Assembly: GCA_051747505.1 (NCBI GenBank)
Contig: JBNJGE010000001.1
Coordinates: forward strand, 1,184-60,499
Length of the DNA: 59,316 nt
Reading direction: 5' to 3'
Origin: Pseudomonadota bacterium
Lineage (GTDB): Bacteria; Pseudomonadota; Alphaproteobacteria; Rhodobacterales; Rhodobacteraceae
Positions within the stretch are counted from its first letter, which is position 1. Every line of letters begins with the position of its first letter. Positions 19,519 through 27,979 of this stretch are shown here, piece after piece. The translations under genes and the position numbers were made by a program. The notes under the pieces were generated by a model, which saw only the letters and a program-made list of their open reading frames with translations, searched no databases and was not told the origin of the DNA.

Positions 19519-20202
19519 ATGAAGATCACCTGGCTCGGCCATTCGGGCTTCCGCATCGAGATCGGGGACCAGGTCCTGCTGATCGACCCCTGGCTGCGCG
19601 GCAACCCGATGTTCGACGAATCGAACTTCGACGCCGCCGTCGCGGGGACCACCGCCATCCTCGTCAGCCACGGCCATTTCGACCACACCAACACGATCGC
19701 CGAGGTCGCCAGGGCCACCGGCGCGAAGGTCGCCGGCATCTTCGAGCTCGCCAGCCATTTCGGCGAGAAGGAGGGGCTGGAGACCGTCGGTTTCAACCTC
19801 GGCGGCACGATCGCGCTGGGCGACGTCAACGTCACCCTGGTCGGCGCCCGCCACTCCTCCTCCATGCCGGGGCTCGGCTACGGCGGCACCGAGGCCGGCT
19901 TCATGATCGAGCATGGGGGCCGGACCATCTACTTCTCCGGCGACACCGACGTCATGGCCGACATGGCCCTGTTCAACGACCTCCACAGCCCGGAGATCGG
20001 CATCCTCTCGGCGGGCGGCCACTTCACCATGGACATGAAGCGCGCCGCCTACGCCGCGACGAAGTTCTTCGACTTCAAGACGGTGATCCCCTGCCACTAC
20101 AGGACCTTCCCGCTCCTGGCCCAGGACGCGAAGGAGCTGCAGGCCGGCCTGCCCGGCGTCAACGTGGTGGAGCCCGAGGTGATGAAGCCGATCGAGCTCT
20201 GA
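19519..20202 (+). CDS. Metallo-beta-lactamase-fold hydrolase (UPF0173)
   Basis: WLGHS, IDPW, SHGHFDH, SGDT, IPCHY. Confidence 0.9.
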   Translation: MKITWLGHSGFRIEIGDQVLLIDPWLRGNPMFDESNFDAAVAGTTAILVSHGHFDHTNTIAEVARATGAKVAGIFELASHFGEKEGLETVGFNLGGTIALGDVNVTLVGARHSSSMPGLGYGGTEAGFMIEHGGRTIYFSGDTDVMADMALFNDLHSPEIGILSAGGHFTMDMKRAAYAATKFFDFKTVIPCHYRTFPLLAQDAKELQAGLPGVNVVEPEVMKPIEL

Positions 20203-20272
20203 TCGCTCGGCGGAGGCGGCGGCACGCGGCCATCCCGCGGCGCCGCCGTCCCCGGCGGCCCCACGAATCCCC

Positions 20273-21118
20273 TCACACCCGGTCGCGCAGCCGCGCCACG
20301 TGGTCCGCCGCCTCCCGCGCATCCACCGCCGCCTCGCGCACCAGCCAGTCGAAGTGCCGCGCCAGCGAGCGCACCCGCTCCCGCTCGCGGAAGGCGAGGA
20401 AGAAGCGCCCCACATAGACCGCCGCCACCACCGGCCCGAACACAGTGATCGGCGCCGAATAGACCCGCTTCCGGTCGAACAGGAACAGCCGCAGCGAGGG
20501 GTAGGCCTCCCGGCAGAACCGCGCCAGCTCGTCCAGCTGGTCCGCGCGCACCTCCCGCGGCAGGCTCCCGTAATACCCCGACCCCTCCGCAAGCGAGTCC
20601 AGCTCGTAGAGCGGCATGGCGATCTCGTAGTCGGAATCCCCGGCCAGCAGCCACTCCACCTTGTCGCGCATGTCGCGGATCGCCTGGTCCGGCGTGCGCC
20701 CCAGGTGATCCGCGTACTCCCACCGCATCACGGCTTCCGTCTTCAGGATGTCCGGCAGCGTCGCCGGCACATGCCGGATCTTGTAGCCCGCCGCCTCCCG
20801 GTGCCATTCCATCAGCGTCGCGTCCGCCGAGCTCCGCGCCGCCTCCGAGACCGTCATCGCCGCCGCGATCAGGTCCCCCGGCCGCTCCGGCCGCTCGCTC
20901 AACCCCAGCAGCCAGTCCGCGCTCACCCGCAGCGCCGCCGCCGCCTCGGCCACGAACTGCGCGTTCGGCAGCCGCGTCTCCTCCTCCGCCAGCAACTGCC
21001 CCACCGTCGAGCGGTCCACCCCCGTCGCCCGCGCCAGCCCCGAGCGCGTCAGCTCCGCCCGCTCCATCGCCGCCGCCATCCGCTGGCGGAAAAGCTGCGC
21101 CCGCGCCCGCTTGTCCAT
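20273..21118 (-). CDS. XRE-family HTH transcriptional regulator with uncharacterised C-terminal domain
   Basis: LARATGVDRSTVGQLL...LRVSADWLLGL. Confidence 0.82.
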   Translation of the reverse strand: MDKRARAQLFRQRMAAAMERAELTRSGLARATGVDRSTVGQLLAEEETRLPNAQFVAEAAAALRVSADWLLGLSERPERPGDLIAAAMTVSEAARSSADATLMEWHREAAGYKIRHVPATLPDILKTEAVMRWEYADHLGRTPDQAIRDMRDKVEWLLAGDSDYEIAMPLYELDSLAEGSGYYGSLPREVRADQLDELARFCREAYPSLRLFLFDRKRVYSAPITVFGPVVAAVYVGRFFLAFRERERVRSLARHFDWLVREAAVDAREAADHVARLRDRV

Positions 21119-21253
21119 TTCATCCCCGCTTGCTGAATTTCCCCAACATTCGGGCCTTTATGCAGCGTAAGCCCGGAATTCACAACGCCGCGCCGCCGCC
21201 CCATACAGGCCCCGTTCCCACCGAACCCCATGAGAAAAGGAGGATTTCAGAGG

Positions 21254-21505
21254 ATGGACACGCCTTTCCGGTCCGTCGCCAAGGCCCTCACCTGGCAGGG
21301 CATGGGCCTCGTCACCATGACCGGCATCGGCTGGCTCGTCACCGGCTCCGCCGCCGCCGGCGGCGCCATCGCCGCCGTCAGCGCCGGAACCAGCGTGATC
21401 ACCTACATCCTGCACGAGCGGGTCTGGGACCGCATCCCCTGGGGCCGCGCGCGCCCCGGCGCGGCCCTCACCCGTCCCCGTGGCGCATCCGCAGATCGCG
21501 CTTGA
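21254..21505 (+). CDS. DUF2061-like small membrane protein
   Basis: RSVAKALTWQ...YILHERVWDRIPWG motif. Confidence 0.78.
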   Translation: MDTPFRSVAKALTWQGMGLVTMTGIGWLVTGSAAAGGAIAAVSAGTSVITYILHERVWDRIPWGRARPGAALTRPRGASADRA

Positions 21506-23042
21506 GCACCTTGCCGCTGGGGTTCTTCGGCAGCCCCTCGGCGAAGATGACCCGCTTGGGCGCCTTGAAATGCGCCAGATGCGCCCGGCAGTGCTCGATC
21601 ACCGCGTCCTCCGTGATCACCGCCCCCGCCTTCGACACGACCACCGCGGTCACCGCCTCGATCCACCGCTCATGCGGCAGCCCGATCACCGCCACCTCCG
21701 AAACCCCCTCCAGCCGGTAGATCACCTCCTCGACCTCCCGGCTGGCGACGTTCTCGCCGCCCGTGTTGATCATGTCCTTCTTGCGATCGACGATGGTGAT
21801 GAACCCCTCCTCGTCCACCACCGCCAGGTCGCCGGAGTGGAACCAGCCGCCCGCGAAGGCCTCCGCCGTCCGCTCCGGGTCGTTCCAGTAGCCGCTCAGA
21901 AGCTGGGGGGAGCGGTGCACCACCTCCCCCACCTCGCCGGGGGCCACGTCGCGCATCGCCTCGTCCACCACCCGCGTCTCCACGTTCAGCGTCGGCTTGC
22001 CCGCCGAGCCCGCCTTGCGAAGCTGCTCCTCCGGCGGCAGCGAGGTCGCCACCGGCGCGATCTCCGTCTGCCCGTAGAGGTTCCACAGCCGCACCTGCGG
22101 CAGCCGCTCCTGCATCTCCCGCAGCACCTCCACCGGCATGATCGAGGCCCCGTAGATCCCCTTCCTCAGCGCCGACAGGTCCGTCTCATCCATCCGCGGC
22201 GAGCGAAGCAGCGAGATCCAGACCGAGGGCGGCGCGAAGAAATAGCTCGCCCGGTGACGCTCCAGCAGCCCCAGCACGTTCTCCGCCGACGGGTCCCCCG
22301 TGATCACGTTCGTCATCCCCAGATACACCGCCGGCCCCAGCAGCGCGTCGAGCTGCGCGCAGTGATAGAGGGGCAGGGCGTGCAGCATCACGTCCTCGGG
22401 CCGCATCTCCGCCTCCACGATGCAGGCCACGTACTGCCACATCACCGCCCCGTGGGTGAGCATCGCCCCCTTCGGCCGGCTCTCCGTGCCCGAGGTGTAG
22501 ACGATCTGCGCCAGCATCGACTCGTCGAGGCCCAGCAGCAGCGGCGAGTCGTCGGCCTCCAGCCAGTCCTCGAACGCCTCCGCATCGTCCCCCGGCTCCG
22601 CCTCCGCGTCCTCGCCGGGCAGCGCCATCAGCCGCGTCACCGCGGTCCCTTCGGCCGCCTCCCGGCAGACCTCCCCGAAGCCCGGCCCGTAGGCCAGCGT
22701 CTCCGCGCCCGAACTCTTCAGGATGTAGGCGATCTCGTCCGCCCCCAGCATGAAGTTGACCGGCACGAACACCGCCCCCGCCTTCGCCACCGCGTAGCGC
22801 AGCGCCGCGAAGGCGTGGAAGTTGCGCGAGACCACCGCCACCCGGTCCCCGACCTCGACGCCCCGCGCCCGCAGCCCGCGCGCCAGCCGCTCGCACAGCG
22901 CGTCGAACTCCGCCCAGCTCCAGCTCACCCCGCCGCAGCGGATGGCCGCCTTGTCCGGATACCGCGCCGCCGCCCGCCGCGGCAGATCCCCGATCGAATG
23001 CTGCCGCGCCACGCGCAACGTCTGTGCGAGGTCCTCGCTCAT
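21468..23042 (-). CDS. Fatty acyl-CoA synthetase
   Basis: YTSGTESRPKG, YGQTE, GWFHSGD, DRKKDMI, PKNPSGK. Confidence 0.92.
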   Translation of the reverse strand: MSEDLAQTLRVARQHSIGDLPRRAAARYPDKAAIRCGGVSWSWAEFDALCERLARGLRARGVEVGDRVAVVSRNFHAFAALRYAVAKAGAVFVPVNFMLGADEIAYILKSSGAETLAYGPGFGEVCREAAEGTAVTRLMALPGEDAEAEPGDDAEAFEDWLEADDSPLLLGLDESMLAQIVYTSGTESRPKGAMLTHGAVMWQYVACIVEAEMRPEDVMLHALPLYHCAQLDALLGPAVYLGMTNVITGDPSAENVLGLLERHRASYFFAPPSVWISLLRSPRMDETDLSALRKGIYGASIMPVEVLREMQERLPQVRLWNLYGQTEIAPVATSLPPEEQLRKAGSAGKPTLNVETRVVDEAMRDVAPGEVGEVVHRSPQLLSGYWNDPERTAEAFAGGWFHSGDLAVVDEEGFITIVDRKKDMINTGGENVASREVEEVIYRLEGVSEVAVIGLPHERWIEAVTAVVVSKAGAVITEDAVIEHCRAHLAHFKAPKRVIFAEGLPKNPSGKVLKRDLRMRHGDG

Positions 23043-23149
23043 GCCGTCTCCTCCCGCTTGTTCTCTTGTTTTCATTCTTCCGAAACCCGGGTTGCCGGTT
23101 CGCCAGGGCCAGCGGCGGCCCATAACCCCGAATTCCCGACTCCTTCGCT

Positions 23150-23192
23150 GTGCATACGGCCTGTGCACGTCCCGTGCATGGGTCGTGCACAG
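23150..23192. repeat. Phased GTGCAY array with embedded palindrome
   Basis: GTGCAY at 23150, 23163, 23174, 23185; CTGTGCACG (23161) and CGTGCACAG (23184) are inverted repeats. Confidence 0.75.
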
Positions 23193-23204
23193 CCCCTTTC
23201 CGGG

Positions 23205-23666
23205 TTAACGCTCCCTCCGCCCTGCAAAGAAGGCGCGCAGCACCGCCGCCGCCTCGGCCTCCCCGATGCCGCCATAGACCTCCGGCCGGTGATGCGCCTG
23301 GGGCCGGTCGAAGACCCGCGCCCCGTGCTCCACGCCGCCCGATTTCGGATCCGGCGCCCCGTAGTAAACCCTTGAAATTCTTGCGATCGCCAGCGCGCCC
23401 GCGCACATCGCGCAGGGCTCCAGCGTCACCCACAGATCCATCCCCGGCAGCCGTTCCGAGCCCGCCTTCCGGCAGGCCTCCCGCAGCGCCAGGATCTCCG
23501 CATGCGCCGTGGGGTCCGCCAGCTCCCGCACCCGGTTCCCCGCCGCCCCCAGCACCCTTCCTGCCGCTGGGTCAACCACCACCGCCCCCACCGGCGTCTC
23601 CCCCCGCGCCCCGGCCGCCCGCGCATGCCCCAGCGCGGCCCCCATCCAGGACCGGAAGCCGCTCAT
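23205..23666 (-). CDS. tadA: tRNA adenosine(34) deaminase / nucleoside deaminase
   Basis: GETPVGAV, DPTAHAE, TLEPCAMC, YYGAPDPK. Confidence 0.85.
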   Translation of the reverse strand: MSGFRSWMGAALGHARAAGARGETPVGAVVVDPAAGRVLGAAGNRVRELADPTAHAEILALREACRKAGSERLPGMDLWVTLEPCAMCAGALAIARISRVYYGAPDPKSGGVEHGARVFDRPQAHHRPEVYGGIGEAEAAAVLRAFFAGRRER

Positions 23667-24160
23667 AACCCGTTGACCCTGAGAAGGAAACGCCGCCGCC
23701 CGCAGCCCGGCGGCGCGGCCGTCTCCCGAAAGCCCAGGGCGCGCAGAACCCCCGCCGCCTGGACATTCTCCTCCCGCACCACCGCCTCCACCTCCTGGCA
23801 GATCCCCGGCGCCTCCCCCAGCGCCGCGCCCATCGCCTCCCGCGCCAGGCCCTGCCCCCAGCGCTCCGGCAGCACCGCGAAGGAGGCCTCCACGGCCCCG
23901 CGCCCGCCCATCACGCAAAAATGCAAGCCTGCCAAGGCGATAGGCCGCCCCTCCGCCTCCCAGACCCGCAGCCCGAAGCCATGCGCCCGCCAGTGCGCGG
24001 CCCAGGCCCGGGCGCGCTCGGCCGCCGCCCGCCGGTCCAGCACGCCCGCCTCCCCGGCCGCCGGCCCCACCTCCGCGCGTCCGAACAGGTCGGCCGCAAA
24101 ACGCCCGTCCCGCGCCGTCACCGGCCGTCCCCTCAGCCTTTCCGTCCGGATCACCGTCAT
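23663..24160 (-). CDS. GNAT N-acetyltransferase (RimJ/RimL-like)
   Basis: IRTERL start, WGQGLA acetyl-CoA motif, N.....VLRALGF; ATGA overlap with tadA. Confidence 0.72.
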   Translation of the reverse strand: MTVIRTERLRGRPVTARDGRFAADLFGRAEVGPAAGEAGVLDRRAAAERARAWAAHWRAHGFGLRVWEAEGRPIALAGLHFCVMGGRGAVEASFAVLPERWGQGLAREAMGAALGEAPGICQEVEAVVREENVQAAGVLRALGFRETAAPPGCGRRRFLLRVNGL

Positions 24161-24238
24161 GCCCCGCTTATCGCCCGCCCCGCGCCCTCCCGCCAAGCCC
24201 GCCTTTTCCCCGCCTCCGGCAGGGCCTATGCAGGCCCC

Positions 24239-25123
24239 ATGACCCGCTCCGAGCCCCCCGACTCGCCCCCGGGCGAGCGCCTCGCCCGCCGCCTCGCCCG
24301 CGCCGGCGTCGCCTCGCGCCGCGCGGCCGAGGCGATCATCGAGGCCGGCCGGGTCCGCGTGAACGGCCGCCTCGTGACCACGCCGGCCTTCAACGTCACC
24401 GAGGCCGACCGCGTCGAGCTCGACGGCCAGCCCCTGCCGGCGCCCGAGCCATCGCGCATGTGGCGCTACCACAAGCCCGCCGGCCTCGTGACCACCGAGT
24501 CCGACGAGAAGGGCCGCCCCACCGTCTTCCAGCGCCTGCCCGAGGGCATGCCCCGCGTCGTCTCCGTTGGCCGGCTGGACCTCAACTCCGAGGGCCTGCT
24601 GCTGCTGACCAACGACGGCGCGCTCAAGCGCCGGCTGGAGCTCCCCTCCACCGGCTGGCTGCGCAAGTACCGCGTCCGCGTCCATGGCCGACCCACTGAC
24701 GAGACGCTGGCCCCCCTGCGCCGCGGACTCGTGGTGGAGGGCGAGCGCTTCCAGCCCATGACCGCGACCCTCGACCGCCAGCAGGGCGCCAACGCGTGGC
24801 TGACCGTCGGCCTGCGCGAGGGCCGAAACCGGGAGGTCCGCCGCGCCCTCGCCGCGCTGGGGCTGGAGGTGCTGCGCCTGATCCGCATCAGCTACGGCCC
24901 CTTCCTGCTCGGCGATCTCAAGCCCGGCGAGGTCGAGGAGATCCGCCCGAAGGTGCTGCGCGACCAGCTCGGCCTCGGCCCTGCGCCGAAGGAGGCCCGG
25001 GGCGACGGCGCGGCGGCCGGCGCCGGCGGCAGGCCCGGCGCAGGCGGCGCCGCGAAGGCAAAGCCGCGCCCCGACCGGCGGCCGGGGCAGGGCCGCAAGC
25101 CTCGCGCGCCGCGCCGGCGCTGA
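24239..25123 (+). CDS. rRNA pseudouridine synthase, RsuA family (RluB-like)
   Basis: S4 domain (GVASRRAAE), HKPAG, VGRLDLNSEGLLL, EGRNREVRR. Confidence 0.9.
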   Translation: MTRSEPPDSPPGERLARRLARAGVASRRAAEAIIEAGRVRVNGRLVTTPAFNVTEADRVELDGQPLPAPEPSRMWRYHKPAGLVTTESDEKGRPTVFQRLPEGMPRVVSVGRLDLNSEGLLLLTNDGALKRRLELPSTGWLRKYRVRVHGRPTDETLAPLRRGLVVEGERFQPMTATLDRQQGANAWLTVGLREGRNREVRRALAALGLEVLRLIRISYGPFLLGDLKPGEVEEIRPKVLRDQLGLGPAPKEARGDGAAAGAGGRPGAGGAAKAKPRPDRRPGQGRKPRAPRRR

Positions 25124-25128
25124 AGGTC

Positions 25129-25740
25129 TCAGTCTCCCGCCGCCGAAGGGTGCAGCCGCGGCCGCCAGCCCGCCGACAGCGCGGCGAGGGCGGCGGCCGG
25201 GGTCAGGACCTCCACAGTCTCTCGGGGCAGGGGGGCGGGCGGCCCGTAGCCGGCCCAGCCCCAGGGCCGGGCGGCGTCGGCCAGCTTCAGGAAGGCCGCG
25301 CCGTCCCGGGCGAACATCGCCCCGTCGGGCAGCGCCGAGGCACGCGCCTCAGCGCGCGGACCCAGCCGCTGGGCGTGAAGGCGCGCGTCCATCTCGCCGG
25401 CCTTCGGGGGCGCGGGCGCGCCCGCCGCCTCCGCCCAGGCCTCCGCGAAGGCCCGCGCCTCCGCGCGGCGGCACTCGAAGCAGGGGCGATGGCCGGCCGC
25501 CAGCGCGACGGCGTCGTCCAGGAAGAACAGCTCCGTGTAGCCCGTCCCCATCACCTCGCGCCGCCGGCCCCGGAAAGTCAGCTCGCAACTGATCCAGCGG
25601 GCGGAGACCCAGCGCCGCCGTCCCAGCCGCCGCTCCGCGTCATGCAGCCGCCCGCCGCGATTGCCCATCAGGGTTCCGCGCGCGGCGACGGCCTCGATGG
25701 CGCCGAAGGGAGAGACGCGGTTGCGCAGCGGCCTCGACAT
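25129..25740 (-). CDS. Hypothetical protein with HRPCxxC metal-binding motif
   Basis: NRVSPFG, MGNRGG, YTELFFLD..VALAAGHRPCFECRR; GC3-biased frame. Confidence 0.72.
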   Translation of the reverse strand: MSRPLRNRVSPFGAIEAVAARGTLMGNRGGRLHDAERRLGRRRWVSARWISCELTFRGRRREVMGTGYTELFFLDDAVALAAGHRPCFECRRAEARAFAEAWAEAAGAPAPPKAGEMDARLHAQRLGPRAEARASALPDGAMFARDGAAFLKLADAARPWGWAGYGPPAPLPRETVEVLTPAAALAALSAGWRPRLHPSAAGD

Positions 25741-25788
25741 GCGGCTTCCTCGGACAGTAAACGACCCCGCGACATCCGGGAGCGCAGA

Positions 25789-26604
25789 ATGGATCAGGAC
25801 CGCGAGGACGCCAAGCCGGGGCTGCGCGAGGCGCCTGAGATCGTCGATTTCCCCTCGCCCAATCACGGGCCCCGCCGCGGCGCGCCCGGCCCCGACATGG
25901 TGGTCCTCCACTACACCGGCATGCCCTCGGCCGCGCTGGCGCTCGCCCGGCTGTGCAGCGCCGAGAGCGAGGTCTCCGCCCACTACCTCATCGACGAGGG
26001 GGGGCAGGTCTATCGCCTGGTCTCCGAGGTCCGGCGGGCCTGGCATGCCGGCGTGGCCGGCTGGGGGCCGGTCGAGGACGTCAACTCCCACTCCATCGGC
26101 GTGGAGCTGGCCAATCCCGGCCACGAGGGCGGCCTGCCGGAGTTCCCGGAGCCCCAGATGGCGGCGCTGGAGGCGCTGCTCTTCCAGATCAAGCTGCGCT
26201 GGGGCGTGCCGCCCGAGCGCATCCTGGGCCACTCGGACGTCGCCGTGGGGCGGAAGGACGACCCCGGGGAGCGGTTCGACTGGCCCCGCCTCGCCGCGCG
26301 GGGGCTGGCCGTGACCTCCGGCGCCGAGGCCGACGCCGCGCCCCCGGGCCCGCCGGAGGCCGCCATCGCCATGGGCGCGCTGAAGCTGGGCTACCGCATG
26401 CCGGAGGGGCAGGGCGGCTGGGAGGCGCTGCTGCGCGCCCTGCAGATGCGCTTCGCGCCCGAGGAGACGGGCGGGCCGGCCTCGCCCAGGCTCGCCGCCC
26501 GCGTCGCCGACCTCGCGGCCCGGCATCCGGTCGATGACGGCCGCCGCGAGCCGCCGCTGTCGGGCGACGGTCTGCACCCGGACCTCGACCTCGACACCGA
26601 GTGA
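25789..26604 (+). CDS. N-acetylmuramoyl-L-alanine amidase (Amidase_2, AmpD/AmiD-like)
   Basis: VLHYT, VSAHYLI, RAWHAG, SIGVEL, GHSDVA..RK.DPG; no obvious signal peptide. Confidence 0.92.
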   Translation: MDQDREDAKPGLREAPEIVDFPSPNHGPRRGAPGPDMVVLHYTGMPSAALALARLCSAESEVSAHYLIDEGGQVYRLVSEVRRAWHAGVAGWGPVEDVNSHSIGVELANPGHEGGLPEFPEPQMAALEALLFQIKLRWGVPPERILGHSDVAVGRKDDPGERFDWPRLAARGLAVTSGAEADAAPPGPPEAAIAMGALKLGYRMPEGQGGWEALLRALQMRFAPEETGGPASPRLAARVADLAARHPVDDGRREPPLSGDGLHPDLDLDTE

Positions 26605-26643
26605 GGCTTGCGTCCGCCCCTGCGCGCGCCTTTATTGACCCCT

Positions 26644-27028
26644 GATGCGGATGGCCGGGCGGCCGCGCCGCCCGTCGGGGCGGCGAGGAAAGTCCGGGCT
26701 CCACGGAGGCACGGCGCCGGGTAACGCCCGGCCGGGGAAACCCGAGGGAAAGCGCCACAGAGAACAGACCGCCGCCCGCGCGCGGGCGGCAAGGGTGAAA
26801 CGGTGAGGCAAGAGCTCACCGCGCCCCCGGCGACGGGGGCGGCACGGCAAGCCCCGCCGGGAGCAAGATCAAGTTGGGCCGGCCGCGCCTTCGCGGCGCG
26901 AGGGGCCGCCTCCGCCCCGCCGGCCGTGGTGGATCGCGAGAAGCCGGGGGCGACCCCGGCTCCAGACGAATGGCCGCCCAGGGGCCCGCGGGCCCTGGAC
27001 AGAACCCGGCTTACAGGCCGTCCGCATC
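26644..27028 (+). ncRNA. rnpB: RNase P RNA (type A)
   Basis: GAGGAAAGTCCGGGCTC and ACAGAACCCGGCTTA P4 strands; P1 GATGCGGATGGCC pairs with GGCCGTCCGCATC; ends approximate. Confidence 0.97.
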
Positions 27029-27228
27029 CCGTTCCCTCTGCCCCGCCCCGGGCCGAATCGTGGCCGGGATTCGCCCCGGGGCGGGCGTGGGCGCGCATGG
27101 CCCGGCATGGGCCGGGCGCCCCTCCCCGGCCCCGCGCCGGCAGGCTCCGGGCCCGCATCTTGTGGTTGCGCCCGCCCGCGCCCCAATGACTGGCGCTCCC
27201 ATGCCCGGGTCGCAGGGTGGCGGCTTTC

Positions 27229-27271
27229 CCCACATTTTCCCATTGCGGCCCAGCTTCGCCCATGCTAGAAA
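27229..27271 (+). promoter_or_regulatory. dcw promoter with phased MraZ-type boxes
   Basis: TTGCGG(27243)-N17-TAGAAA(27266); CCCA (TGGG on bottom strand) at 27229, 27239, 27249, 27259. Confidence 0.7.
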
Positions 27272-27277
27272 ATAACC

Positions 27278-27462
27278 GAAGAGGCGGAGAGCCCGAAAGC
27301 AAACGAGCAGGTTTCATACAGGCGCTCCAAAACGCCCGAAGAAAAAGTCCAGCCGACTCGTGACACGTCGCGAGAAAAGCACGGCGCGAAGTCGGAAAGT
27401 GACCCGAGGGACGGCGGGCGGGCCGCGCAGCGAGGCAGGCGCGGCCCGCCTTGTCTTTCGGG
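27278..27462 (+). ncRNA. Candidate UpsM-like leader sRNA of mraZ
   Basis: A-rich leader between the predicted promoter and a 12-bp stem (27417-27450) followed by TTGTCTTT; 5' end inferred. Confidence 0.55.
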
Positions 27463-27493
27463 ACCGGGGGTCCAGAGAGGGGAGTGACCGCCC

Positions 27494-27979
27494 ATGTGGC
27501 AGCGGTTCACTTCGAACTTCACCAACAAGGTGGACGCGAAGGGCCGCGTCTCCCTCCCTGCGCCGTTCCGCAAGGCTCTGGACGCGCGGAAGGCCGAGGG
27601 CGCCGTCATCCTTGTCCCCGGCTTTCGCGACAGGCGCTGCATCGAGGGCTACTCGCCCGACGTCTACGAGCGCTTCGCCGCCGCCCTCGCCGCGATGCAC
27701 CCCTCCGATCCCAAGCGCAAGAAGCTGGAATACCGGCTGATGGGCCGCGCCGTGCCGCTGCAGGTGGACGAGAACGGGCGCCTCGCCCTGCCGGGCGACA
27801 TGCGCGCGGCCTTCGACATCGACAAGCGCGACGTCGTCTTCGTCGGCCTCGGCGACAGCTTCCAGATCTGGGAGAAGAGCGCCTACGAGGAGGTGATCGG
27901 CCCGCTCATGGACGACGAGGAGGGCGACCCGCTGGAGGACATGCCCTGGCCGCCGCCCGGCGGGGAGGCCCTGGCGTGA
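27494..27979 (+). CDS. mraZ: dcw transcriptional regulator MraZ
   Basis: Two DxxGR motifs (DAKGR, DENGR), FQIW; first dcw gene. Confidence 0.93.
   Translation: MWQRFTSNFTNKVDAKGRVSLPAPFRKALDARKAEGAVILVPGFRDRRCIEGYSPDVYERFAAALAAMHPSDPKRKKLEYRLMGRAVPLQVDENGRLALPGDMRAAFDIDKRDVVFVGLGDSFQIWEKSAYEEVIGPLMDDEEGDPLEDMPWPPPGGEALA

Noticed and set aside
14826-20417. 1863-aa plus-strand ORF
   Set aside because: Mostly antisense to the aminotransferase, hydratase, gatA, gatC and ceramidase genes; Arg/Pro-rich with no motifs; a high-GC shadow frame
23150-23192. GTGCAY repeats as a CRISPR array
   Set aside because: 6-nt repeats with 5-7-nt spacers and no cas genes
27042-27085. Hairpin after rnpB as a separate element
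   Set aside because: Most simply an rnpB 3' processing or termination structure; no U-tract and no other copy noticed
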